DNA of 64,000 nt from Podarcis melisellensis. Lineage: Eukaryota. The notes under the pieces were generated by a model. The model did no database searches, was not told the origin of the DNA, and saw nothing but the letters and a program-made list of their open reading frames with translations. Position 1 is the first letter of the stretch, and each line of letters opens with the position of its first letter. The stretch lies in the NCBI GenBank assembly GCA_964234715.1, contig OZ174277.1, one strand, 5' to 3'. The translations under genes and the position numbers were made by a program. Positions 11,301 through 25,200 of the stretch are shown here, piece after piece.

Positions 11301-14300
11301 TCTACACATCCCTAAATGGATTGGGACCAGAATATCTGAAGGATCACTGTTTTCCATGTGATCCTCCCTCCTATGCATTCAGCATTGCGAGTCCTCTGTG
11401 TCATGCTGAGATCTTTGTATTTTGTAGAGCTTTCAGTATGGTCCAGTGTCTTTTATCCAGTGATACAAGCTTTCAGAGAAAATTAGAAATGGAATTGTTT
11501 CTGGAAAATTTTCACGTGCACCATGTTTTTTCCTTGATGCTTCAGAGAGTGATCTTAATTTTCATGTTTATTTTTCTTGTATGTGAGAAACAAAGCTAAA
11601 AACTTGGAAACTGCCTAATAATGGATCTGCAGTTGACACCCGTTCATTGTTACTAATGAATTTACGTAATTTAAATTTTTCTGCAGAAAAATAAAGCACT
11701 AAAGTTTCTGCCCATAGCTGAATGAGGAATCAAAGCCTGTTGATGAGCAGCGTTATTTGCAATCCTTGTGTCGTGCTTTGAAATCACTTATTCTTCTCCC
11801 CCCACCCTCCAACAAGAGACAACCTTTGACAGGCGGGGTAGGAGAGCCCACCTGTCAATCACCTCTCCTCATTATGACATCAGATGATTGACAGGTGTGT
11901 TATCCTACCCATCAGCTAAACATAGGCCATGGGGAGAGGGCTGATATCTGATCCGACAGAGCAAAATTCTCCCCCACTCCTGTTGTAGAGCATAACTTCA
12001 GGTTAATAGCAGCATTCCTTTCTAATTTGACTCTCTCTTATTTACAGCTGTCTCCAATCTAGATGAAGAGAGCAGATGGACAGTCCATTACACTGCACCC
12101 TGGCATCAACAAGAGAATGTGTTTCTACCCACCTCAAGGCCACCCTGTGTAGAGGATCTGCACCGCCAAGCCAAGCTGAACCTGAAGTCGGTACTAAGAG
12201 GTAGGAAGCTGACAATAATAACACACCATATCATTACATATTTTTTTTCTTTAGCAGTAAAACTATGTGCCTGCTTGCATCTGCCTGCTTTCACAGCCCT
12301 GTGACCTCTTGTACTTTTATCAAGGAACTAAACAAGTCAATAGGGAAGAAAATATCACACCAGTATTTCAGATGATTATACTCTTCTTGCTGTAATGTGG
12401 TCTCCATAAAACTTACTTATGCAACGTGCAGCTCTAGTTGGTTTCAGCCAGGCACAATAATATCATCACAAGTTCCAACTGTAGCTGAAGAGGAGGCTGG
12501 GAAAGAAAGTCTGAAGAGCCATCCTAGAAATGAGATTGAACCCATCCTGCGGATTACAAGTTTCAGGACACTCTCTGATATATGGAACATGTGGAATCAA
12601 ACAAAGCAGTTTAAACATTTGACATTGGAATATTCTCATTTTAGAGTTCAGGTGTAAAGTGCTGAACAAATATATTAGGTCAGTAAATATATATTTGTCA
12701 GAGTGCATACTGCTTCTGTCCTTTCTTCTCAAAAGTGTCTGAAATATATTAGTAAAAATAACTCAAGCTAGGTTAATCCAATAACTCATAAAAATTGGCA
12801 GAGAAGATAGCCACACCATAATAAAGCATCAGTGTAACAATATATATGTTTGTAACTATATTTAACTTTCCATCAGTAACTATTGCATTAGCTTAGGAAC
12901 CAGGTCCTATATTTGTTTTTAATTGTAATAATGCATTTGATACATATATAAAAGAACCAGTTCCTATATTTTAAAGGTACAGAGTACATACTTGGCAACT
13001 TGATATGCGAAAATATTGTGTGAGGAAAAGGAAACAAAAGATTGTTGGGCTCTTATGAAAGCTACTGTGATTCAAAATTAAGAATTCAGCAGGAAAAATC
13101 CAGGCATTTACAACTGTAATACAGGGGATTTTACAATGCAATCCTATGCATGTTTACTTGGAAGCAAATCCCACTATATTCAGTGGGGCTGACTCTGGGT
13201 AAGTATACAATGGATTGTAGCCTCTTATTTTGTTCAAACTTTATTTACTCTACAGAAAGTTTACTTTTTAACCACTCACAATTAGCTATTATTTTTCTAA
13301 GTTTGCAAATCAGTAGCTAAGAAGATAAAATAACATGTTAACAGAATTAGAGTTGGGGGAAATGAGGCTTGGTGTGGAAAAATATATACCTGTCTAGGTG
13401 TGTATCTAGGTAGCATAAGAGTCAGTGGATTGTAGCCTGTGAACAAAAACATACACAAACATTTAATTTAATTCTCTCTTGTTACTGTTTGTACATTTTT
13501 GTTCTCATTTGTTCTCAGAAAACACTGTAGGAAGGTGTAGAGGTACAGGCTATAAAGGACATGTTTAATAGCAAGAGATATGTTCAGTCTGCTTCAAGAA
13601 TTGAAGTTGAGCCACTCCCTGGCAGATTGTTTTGGCAGAGATCTATATTATCTGTAATATAAATCTCTTTGTACTGACATGATTTAGAAAAATGCACTGC
13701 CAGAATTGGGGGATAAGAGTTTCAACACAGCCTGAAGAGTCCCACAGCTTCAGGAGATGTAAATTGGTTGGTAGTACTATTGAGAACATGTCACTGAGGC
13801 CACAGAACAGCAAGGATATGGAAAGAAACTAATTATGAAAAGAATTATGAACTCACTGTTCATTCTCCATAGAATTTTGCTCCAGTTATATCTAGCTGCA
13901 CCAAAGCAAGTCATGAGTGTTGGGTTTCACAGTCCCTGGACTTTAATCTAGAGTGAACTAATTCAGCTTGCATCCCACTTACTCAGGAACAAAAAATATG
14001 TTAAAAGTATGATTGCATTTAACCTGATTTGGGTTTTTTTATTTTAAATCATACGTTTTTGGGTGATATGGAGGTATGTACAATTGGGCCACATAGAGGG
14101 GGAGAGGTTGCCAATGACAGCTTCCCTTTGAGGCAAGATGGCTAATCAATAACCATAGAAACAATGTAAAATACAGTGGTACCTCGGGTTATATACGCTT
14201 CAGGTGACATATGCTTCAGGTTACAGACTCAGCTAACCCAGAAAAAGTGCTTCAGGTTAAGAACTTTGCTTCAGGATGAGAACAGAAATCATGCTCTGAT

Positions 14301-17300
14301 GGCGCGTCAGTAGCAGGAGGCTCCATTAGCTAAAGTGGTGCTTCAGGTTAAGAACAGTTTCAGGTTAAGTACGGACCTCCGGAACGAATTAAGTACTTAA
14401 CCCGAGGTACCACTGTACAAGATAATAGCTAGCTTTTATGCTTGTTCCTGCTTGCATAAGGTTTTAATTTTAACCTTGCTGCAATTTCCCATTTAATAAA
14501 AATGCACCAGAGGTCGGTTTCAGACCTATATATGTAAAATTTGCAGGCTCTTTTGTTTTCAGTAAATATTGATTCTCCATCATCAGTGCAGTCATATATA
14601 CCATTGCTTTTGTTGCTGCAGGGCCCTAGTATCTGTGGTGATTCATTAGTTATCCCAGCTTATTGGCGCATTGGTTTTGTAGACTAAGGTTGGAGATGTG
14701 TTTCTATACTGTCCTGGTTCCAGACATAGCTTAGGAAGCAATGCTTTAAGTGTTTGAATTAAATCCCAGAAGACATCTGGTTAACATGTAAAATAAACAA
14801 ATTAAAAGATAAATCAGCAGACCTTCCTACATGCTTCCCTAATCTTATACAGAGAATAACATGTTATTGCTCAGGCTTTGTTTTTCCTATGATTCATTGG
14901 ATCAATATGTTGATGAGAAATATGGGTCATCCCTCGCTGGTGGTTAATTTCTGCTGAGAAGATTACTTGTTTTATGTATTAATCATATGTTCAATTAATG
15001 GCCTGTTAAGCAAAAGGGAACCATTTAATATAAGTGACAGTTTTAGCCCTGGATTTATGTTGATGCTGAGATGTGAAATTTATATCAATTTAGAATAATG
15101 AAATAAAAGATAGGCAAGAGGCAGCATGGTTAAGCTAGGCTGCCTTGTTTCCAAGGGAGAAAATAAAACCAAGACTGTTTGCTAGCGCTGGTAGCTATAC
15201 CCATGTATTCTTTATGGTTTTTAACTATTTGAAGCCATTCACAGTTCATACGCACTTGGCTTTGGAAAATGTCTGTCTTTCAAATGCTCTTCTGAAGAAT
15301 TGCGAGGAGTCCTATGCAATGAAAATCTTAAAGAATATATTTATACATAATAGTTGCTGGTTCCATGCTGAGAAATGGAATCTATTGAACTATAGTTGTG
15401 CATTTAGTCCAAAAGCATTCTGCTGGCTGTGAAGTATGTAAGAAAAAAAATTAACTAGATTCAATAGTTGTGACCTGCACAGTATTAGAAACTGAGATTT
15501 GAAAGCTAGGAGCTAAATGGCACCTTGAACCGAAGTTATAGGCGCAATAACGGAATGTCTAGGCACACTTTTTTTTTATAACAAGAATCCAAAGCTGAAA
15601 ATGAATGAACTGCAGCTAAAATATGCTCATTTTTCACCTTTTTAACCTTTTGTTAATGTGTTCTAGAGCCATGGAACCACCATAGAAAAGGTCTCCTGTG
15701 TCATTCCTGGCAAACTCACTGCCCTAAGTTGGCCTTGGTTGCTAAAATTAACTTGTGAACCAGATAATATGGATATAGGTGGCCCTTCAAAAACTGTTTA
15801 GTTTATAAAATTAACATTTTGAATTGGGCTCAAGAGGGCACTGGCAATCAGTGCAACTGGTATAATAATGGTGTAACATGGTCCAAATGACATGCCCTTG
15901 TCAGGACTCTGACAGGTGCATTTTGAACCAGATGAAGTTTCAAAGTCATCTTCAAAGGCAGCCCCACATAGAGCCACATGGAGGTTTCTTCAGAAAAGAC
16001 TTCCGTTAATGTACCAGACAAAGCTGAGAAAATGTGTTCTGGCCCTCATGTGGCGTTCAAGAGAGCGGGACTGGTCTTTAAAATGGAGTGCCACTCACCT
16101 AGGACTAGCTGTAAACTGTCGTGTACAGGAGATAACCTCCCAGTTCATAGTGTCTCCAGTTTGCTTTGCTGTAACCCCTGCTTGTTCACAGTCATCCGCT
16201 TCTGCATAATTATAGTATGGAAAAATTTCCTAAGTGGAAGTGTCTGTGCTCTGTATTCTCTCACCTCACATGATAATAGTTGCTTACAAAAGTACATGCT
16301 TGGAGAGAATGGCTGGGAGTCTCAAGTAAGCAGAGCAGTATTGCACAAACTAGTTATACATGAAAAGAGCATCTGTGGTCTGAAATGATCTTTGAGGAAA
16401 ACCTCAGTAAGATGTTGGACCCTACTGGTAGAATGGGATAAGCTGCTAGTTGTAGCAGCTGCTCCCTCTTACTTCTGTCAGGAGAAAAGGCACGGTTTTG
16501 TTTAGTCTTGTATGCAGTGCATTTCTAGCTCCTGTCTACTCTTCCTTTCCCTACAAAGAATATTTAGAATGTGTTGGTTTAAATGTGCACGCATTTGTTT
16601 TGTTTCAACAGCACAGCTGCTGTGTGATTTTCATCCCTTGTTCAGCGTCGTAGACAAGCTGATTGAATGCTTAAAATAAAAAAAAATCCAAAGATTAGAG
16701 AAGAGAAGGAACACCTTGGAAATCCAAGTTGAAAGTATAATACATTACCATATTTAAGCACATCCTTTATCTTATTCTCTCACCATTCTCTAAAGGAGAA
16801 AATTCAAGGAAAGTGGTTGAAAAGATGCTATCAGCATGACTCAGAGAACCCAACAGGCTTTCCAGTGGCATGAAGCTGAAACAGGCATTACAAATGATAT
16901 TTGTTAACAGGCTGTCACTGGGGAGCGCTCAATGTGATTATCTCCATTTGTCTTGGGCTAATTTGGATTTCTACGGGGATGAAATCTTAGTACACTTGTG
17001 GATGATAAATCGCGATTGCTTCAGTCATGCCTGCTTATCTCTACATTTTGCAAGCTGAAAGACAGAAAAGAAAGGCCTGTGCCTGACCCTTTTGCTGTTA
17101 ACCGAAATAGATTTTTGAAAAGAAAATACCCACAAAACTATTTATGGCTTTCTGTCCAAGTCATTTCATAGAATCACAGAACTGTAGAGTTGGAAGGGAT
17201 CCCGAGGGTCATATATGCTGCTATGCTTGCATCCTGCTATGCAAGAATCTTAACTAAAGCATCCATGACAGAGGACCACCCAACCCCTACTTAAAAATAT

Positions 17301-18326
17301 CCAATGAAGGAGAGTCCACCACCTTCCGAGGGATTCTGTTCTGCTGCCAGCTCTTACTGTCAGAAAGCTCTTTCTGATATTTAGTCAGAATTTCCTTTCT
17401 TGTAACTTGAATCTGTTGGTTCAAGTCCTACCCTCCAGAACAGGAGAAGACAAACTTGCCCCATATTCCATGTGACAGCCCTTTAGATATTTGAAGAAGG
17501 CCATCATATCTCCTCTCAGTCGCCTCTTTTCCAGGCTATACATATCCAACTCTCTCAACCTTTCCTCATAAGGTTTGGGTTCTAGACCCTTGATCATCAT
17601 GTTTGGGCTTATCAATATCCTTCTTAAATTGTTCTGAGCAGGACCAACCTAACAATTCTGTTGCAGATAATTCTAGAGGAGCGTCTTCTGGTGTGATGTG
17701 ATTTGAAAAAGGAATCTGCCATTGGCTGCCACTTTCTCTTCAGTTGAATACATTTGGGCCAAAAAGGTGGCCAGTGTGTAAGCAGTAGCTTTCATTGGAA
17801 TCTATTGAATAATGCTTGACAGTTTTAGTCTCAGATGGACAGCACTCTGTGATAAGCCTGTGCGGGGCCCCCCTCTATGTTTGAACAGAGATGAAGAGAT
17901 GTTACATCTGAAAGATTGTGATAGTGGTACGAAGAGCTATTTTGGAAACAGCAGGAACTCTGATAACCAAAATGGTGAATTTCTTCTTAGCCATGTGGCA
18001 GAGTCCTGGCTGCATGCTTGGTTCTCACATGTACATCAAAGTCAGTTAGTTTGCAGAACTGATATATATAGTTGAGTTATGCCATTTGCTTGTAAACTGT
18101 TCTGTGGACAACTAATTTCCTGTTGCCTTTGGGAATGTAATGATGGAAGAAGAATCAGCATCTCTTAAAAACCTACTTGCCTACTCAAGCTTTCCTGAAC
18201 TCTTGACTCTAATGGTTTTGTTTGTATGCTTCTCTGTTTTGTTTCATTTTTTAAAAAGGGTTTTTTCCCAGTAAATTTTATTAAATGTTGTTGCATTTTT
18301 ATTGTTTTTATGTAAACCTCTTAGGT

Positions 18327-18377
<51 letters not shown>

Positions 18378-21300
18378 GAGAGAGAGAATTGGCAAAATCA
18401 GCTAAATTCCGTTAAACCAAACATATTTCAGTTAATCTGCTCTGGCAGTACATCTGTTGGAATTCCTGACTCAGTAAAAAAAAGTAAAAGGGTTTCCATT
18501 TCCAAAACTACACTGAACTGTATTATTGATAAAGTTCATGAACCTGCTTTATAGTCCATGCTGGCTGTTTTTCAGCAACAGTCCAAAAGCTGCCGTGGTG
18601 TTTCTCTCTAGCATCTTTTTAAAACTAAGCTTGACATGGAACAGTCCTTGTGATAACTCCTTTTTGCAGATGATATAAGGGGTTTTTATCTGCAGAAATG
18701 GGTCCAAGTCAGATGCCTTCTTGTGTGGCTCAATGGCTGATGCTTGCCTTATTTAGACTGTGATACAAAAATAGAACCTTCATCAGGATCTAAGTGAGAA
18801 TTGTGTTTTAAAGTCCTGTTATGATACAGATAGCTGCAGAATCTAGTTGTGTTGCCAGCTGGTCTATTCTTCCATAGTATGCATTGTTGATAGATTCTAA
18901 ATGTCACTTTCAAATGTCATAATTAATTTCCAACCCGTCATATGGATCAGTAGGATACAATGCGGTCGAGATGCTTGTAGCTAGGCAGATTCTATGCAAC
19001 AACAGTCCCATTAGGAACAGAACACAAGCTGCTGGCAGGTCATATCAATTCAAATGATAAAACATAGAAGAATTTAAATATATTTTAGCAGAGTACTGAT
19101 AGGTGTAGACTTTGACAGATGAGAGGTTATGAAGGTCCTGAAGACTACCGGCATGTGCATTTATGTTCTGCTACAATTCACTTGTTCTTTCCTCACCACC
19201 ACCATACCCTCAGCTGCTGGCTCTAGCTAGGTTTAAAGTCAAGAGAGGCAGGTTGTCAAGGTAAACGGTGTCACATCAGTCATACAACTGCATATGTGCA
19301 CTTTTTCTCTCCTTCAGGCAATATGTGAGACCATCATCTTTTGGTGGGCATCTTGGAACATGAAATAAGGTGTGAAGTGAGTTTTCTGAGCTGTTCCATT
19401 GTGTCCCCAGGTGGTATTTGAAGGTTGAGCAAGAGCCAGTATTTGCTTCTTTCTACCTGAAAGACACGGGTGGTCCAAACCACTTAGCCTAGGGCTTGCC
19501 GATCAGAAGGTCGGCGGTTTGAATCCCTGTGATGGGGCGAGCTCCTGTTGTTTGGTCCTAGCTCCTACCCACCTAGCAGTTCAAAAGCACAGCAAAGTTC
19601 AAGTAGATAAATAGGTACCGCTCTGGCAGGAAGGTAAACGGCGTTTCCGTGTGCTGCTCTGGTTTGCCAGAAGTGACTTAGTCATGCTGGCCGCATGACC
19701 CAGAAGCTGTGTGCCGGCTCCCTCGGCCAGTAAAGCGAGATGAATGCCGCAACCCCAGAGTCTTATTTCATGTAGACTTGGGCCCCCGGGTCTTGTTAGC
19801 AATGTCCCTGGTGAGCAAAACAAGCTTTGAAATTCCACTGAGATCCTGTGCTAGAATGACTGGTGTATGAAAGATAGCCGCCTCAGCTTCCAATTTCTTT
19901 CTCCTGAGTCTCATGAACAGTTAGGCCAAGAAGTCAACCTGAATTTAGCGAAGCTGATCATTTCAAGCATACAAATGCTTGCCAGTAGGTTTTCATTCTT
20001 TACCTACTTCCGGACATCTGCCAGAACAATGACAGCTCCTATATGCTGTTCTACCTTTTTCTTTTTTTCTAGTCTGGATGCTGCCCCCCCCCCAATCCGG
20101 CCGCTTGGAATCAGTTCCATACAGACCCATCTGCTTTGCTTATCAGTGTGCCAGCAGAAATTACTAAGTGCCAGCTGGCTTTTTAGTTCTGGACTTACAC
20201 CAGTCTGGAGTTCTAGTGAAATTGTTTCTTTATTGAGATAAAGGGGGAAAAATGTGATTTGTGGTTTTCAGAGAAAAAAAATAGTAAACTGCTTGGTTTT
20301 ATAAGAAGTACAATGTAGAAATGAAATATTCAGACCATGGACATTTATGCAGCCTTTACACATATAAAATTCTTGAAGGAACTGAATCTGCCCAAATGTC
20401 AGAAATGGAATACAGGATCAGCTGAAACACTGGTCTGATTCCATTAGTAATTCTGTCAATTAATGGGTGGTTCCAGAAGTATTGAATAATTCTATGTATT
20501 TTTAAAGCACTGTATAGGATCATAGAATTGTAGAGGTGACCCCAAGGATCATCTAGTCCAACTTCCTGCAATGCAACATGCACCCCCTTCCCATCTAATT
20601 GAAATCATACCAGACCCTGCTTAGCTTTGCAAATGTGCTAGCGGTTTTGTTTGTTTGTTTGTTTGTTTTGCTGCACCACAAAGAGGACTGTAATCAAGGA
20701 TGTTAATTCTCTGTTAAGTAAAAACTGTATATAAGTTTCCGCCCTCAAAGTTAAGCCATACACAGTATTTATCTGACTCCTGTACAGTATCCAAATGGTC
20801 TATCTCTGCTAATCATGGAAAAAAGCAAGGCAGGTCACAGCCTTTGGCAATTGCATGTCCTTCTTGACTATTAAAACTTATCAGCACGGCACTAACTTGA
20901 AGGTGTATCTTTTCAGCTGTAAATACTAGAAAGTAACTGGATGCTAAGACTTCTGAGTAGGGTTGGGCACCTAGTGATTCGTGTTCAATGTGATTGTATA
21001 TACGTGTGTGAGAGACGTATACCATATTTTTCGCTCCATAAGACGCACCAGACCATAGGGCGCACCTAGTTTTGGGAGGAGGAAAACAAGAAAAAAATAT
21101 TCTGAATCCCAGAAGCCAGAACAGCAAGAGGGATCTGGCTTCTGGGATAGCCGCACCAAGCCTCTTCAGGGCAGCAGGTTAAGGCAGAAGCCAGGACAGG
21201 CACATCGCTGAAGGGGCGCTGCGCAGTTCTCCCTCTTTATGCAGCGCCTCTCCTTCGCACATCCTGTCCCCACCCCCACAAAGCCTCTCTCATTCCTGCC

Positions 21301-22239
21301 CATGCATGTAATGCTAAATCATGGTTTAGTGTTACATGTGAATTAGGCCATAGTGTAGCCCTGGATTTTTAATAGGAGAACCATATAAGGAAGCACTTTA
21401 TAAAGGTTTGTAATTCATACTACTACTTCATATATATTGAGCGTTGGTATGCTAAACCAGAAAGTCACATATAAGACCTTTCCCAACACCTCTTAGAATT
21501 TGACAAACAACATAGGAAGGAATAAGTAGCTTCAGATATCGAACTGACAGAAAACTGGCAGTGATCCCTAGGGCTGCAAGGGAAAATTGTAATTCCTTCC
21601 CAGTTTGATTATCTTCCATCCCCCCACCATGTCTTGGCCTGCCTTTCCAAAAACTACCCAGTTCTTTAATAAGCAGCCTCCTCCTTCGGGGTAGGGGAGG
21701 GTGAGCAACACACTAGAGATAGTACAGTCATACCTCGTGTTGAGTTAGGTTCATGTTGCGTCTTTTTGGCTTGCAAACATGGCAAGAAGTGCTCTGCGCT
21801 TGCACAGAAGCGCTGCTCTAGTTGTGGACTTTTCGGGGTGCAAACGGCACCCCAGAACAGATTGTGTCCGCAACTAGAGGTACCACTTTATTCAACTAAA
21901 TTTTACTCAGAGTAACCCCACTGAAATTAATGGCCCTAGCATAGTGATGTTTTAAGTTTGATAGGTCTACTCTGAGTAGCACTTAGTTGAATACTGTGTT
22001 AGGCTTGTCAAAATGTTATTCTTTGAGTTACTCTTGGAAACCTAAATTATATCTCCATGATCTTTATGCTACAGAAAGGTCCTGTCTGTTTTGTTTTTGC
22101 CCTGCTTTGTCTTTGTCTTGCTTTTAATGATGCCAACATGCAGTTTATAAAGGTAACACCTTCTAAGCCCTGCAATAGAGAGGCTTGATTGAAAAGGAAT
22201 CCTGTAATCTGCTGCATAACACAAAAACTTCAGGACTTT

Positions 22240-22285
<46 letters not shown>

Positions 22286-25200
22286 GAGCCCTTGAACCAG
22301 TGCAGCTAAGGTGTGCCAAACCCAATGTTGCATAGGTGTAGCACCACATACCTGCTTCGCAGACACCCACAACCAGCAGTGATGTAACATGGTCTGATCT
22401 GTGCAGTCACATTCACAGGGCCGGATCACGTGTCTTTTCTAATTTTCCCACATACATGATTGCCACAACTCACAAGGCACAAAACGGTGAGCTCCCACTG
22501 TTTGGTCCCAGCTCCTGCCCACCTAGCAATTCAAAAGCACAGCAAAGTGCAAGTAGATAAATAGGTACCGCTCTGGTGGGAAGGCAAACGACGTTTCCGT
22601 GCGCTGCTCTGGTTCGCCAGAAGCGGCTTAGTCATGCTGGCCACAGGACCCGGCCAGTAAAGCGAGATGAGCGCAGCAACTCCAGAGTTGGCCACAACTG
22701 GACCTAATGGTCAGGGGTCCCTTTACCTTTATCTTTATACTTAACTAGTATACAGATAATAAATGTAATATATCAGGTGTTTTGTATGGGCTAGTGAATT
22801 TTCTCAGTTAGCCTGAATTTAGACAAGCAGAAATCATACCTTAAGAAAGTATGACTTTTAATAGCTACCTTTTTACTTTTGTTAGGTGGCCATACAGCCT
22901 CTGACATCCTTTGTTATAATAATTGTAATCTTGTAAAAGATTCTTTCTGCTAGAATATTCTGTATCACTTTCTATATTCTGTCTTTATTTAACAAAAGAT
23001 TACTTTGAAGTCTAGAAACCTGCTGACTTTTTTGCAAGAACGTCTCAAGTTTTCTGTATCGTTTTAAGAGATAAGTAACCATGTAACATGATTTCAGGAG
23101 ATGAGAAAACAAAAACCTGGTTATCTGCCATAATCTTGCACTTCTGAATTTAATCATGAAGTTTGGCATTATACTCTATTCAGAGCACTGCAATTAAAAA
23201 CTCTCTCTGTTACATGGAATTCAATTCCTGATCTTAACAAAAAAAGAGCTTTCTGTTTGTAGAAATAGACGTATAGCATATTTTAATTTGCTTTTCTTCA
23301 CCAGCGATTTCTTGCTTTTGTGGAAAGCTATGGAACTAGAGTTGCTGAATAAATTTAATTACAGAAATATTGGTTCTGAGTTTCCTAGATTTCAGGTTCT
23401 TGTAAGAGCAAAACTTTCTGGAAAGCCAAAGGATATATCTGTTTCCAGGATATACTTCTATTCAGCCACTTCTTACAGAAAATTTATTGTGAAATATAAT
23501 ATTGATAATTTTTATATGGTAGTTGTGTGCTTTTGTAGAGGACATATCACAATGTGCATTCCATTAATTACTTAATGCCAAAATAGGTTTCTAAGCAGGT
23601 TATGATGTATAAAAATCAATTAAACATTAAAATATCAGCATCCATTACTAAAATGCACAAAGTAACAATTTTGTTAAAACAACACAGCAATTAAGGGAGG
23701 AGAGTAAGATCAAGAGTATATTCTTAGTTATTTCCTCATAGGATTACTTTACATGCCCCTGATCATCTTTATTCTTCTTTGTACTTGTTCCAATTAGTTG
23801 ATACCTTTCTGCAAGTGTGAATGGAAGAACTGGCTAATACTGCTGGATTCAGATTAAATAGTATGAATTAAAACAAGAAAAAAAAATATTTGATTCACAA
23901 GGGTTTTTTTTTATATAAAAGAAGTGCACCTGTTATGGAAGTGTTTTTTTTTTTAATATATGAAAACCTTGCTTAAACTATTCAGAATGTGTGTATGTAT
24001 GAATCATGGTAGCATCATGATAAGATCTGTATTTTACAGATAAAATTTAATTTCTTGAAAATTGATGCTTAATATATTTTCCACTCTGTGCTCATGACAG
24101 ATTTTCTGGAAAGGTAAAAGTAACAGTTGGACTAGGCAGCTTAGCATGTTCATCCACATCTTGAAGATTTCATTTTTCCCTTATGTTCCAGCGTCTGTTG
24201 CTCTTTAGCTGTATTTCATTGAATATCAATTAAGGAAGAAGACAGGGATTGGGAAACAGCTACAGTAATGATAAGGATTTTTATCTAATTTCAAATTCAG
24301 GGCATGTTGTTTGGAAGTTTCATGGAAATATTATTTCAGTTTAATCAGTTTCTCAGCAATTCCTATTTATTCTGAAGAAGGCCGAGGATTGTTATTTTGA
24401 TAAGTGTTTTGTTCTCCATTGGGGGGAAATGTTAGTTTTCTTCACCCCATGGAAGGAGGTTAGCTTAGTAGTCTTTGCCAAAGCTGCTTAGCAGATGGTG
24501 ATTGTGTAGTGAGCAACATCCCTACTCAGATTCAAAGCATTTTATGGGGGTCTACCAGACTGGTGAATAAGACCCCTATCGCTAGTGTCCTTCTCTCTCT
24601 ATATCTCGTGTTTCTAGCAATCTTCCACCCAAATGGTTCAATAGACAGCCATCTGTCAATCTAGACCACAGTTTGTCCATTTCTCTCCATCAATTTTGAC
24701 AACTTCTGTTTTGAAATAAGTAAATGCACACGTGTCCTTTAGTATAGCACATTCCCTGTTACCCTGTGTAAAGTAAATATCGTTTTACCTTCTAAATTGT
24801 TCAAAGAAAAACAGAGTTTGGGTTCGTACTGTGTTTCCTTAAGTCTATTTTTCACAAAGTGATATAAGTGTCTACTGATGACATGCAATATATTAACGTT
24901 TGATGGTTTTGAATCTAGGACTACTTTATAGTCTAGAAACTATAGATAATTACATTTTGGAGTAGAGAGATGCATGGGCAACAATGGAGAGGTCACACTT
25001 TAAGACTTAGTCTCCTGGGTTCCAAAATGGCTCAAGACTCTGGGGTATCTACTTCTGCCAAAGAATCAACATTGAAGCAGAGCAGCAGACTATGACCTTT
25101 AATATGCATTATATGCATAATTTATGTATTAAATATGTCCATTAAAATATGCTGGTTTTTATGATAAAACCCAGAAATGTCTTTGAACTGGAAGGGGCGG

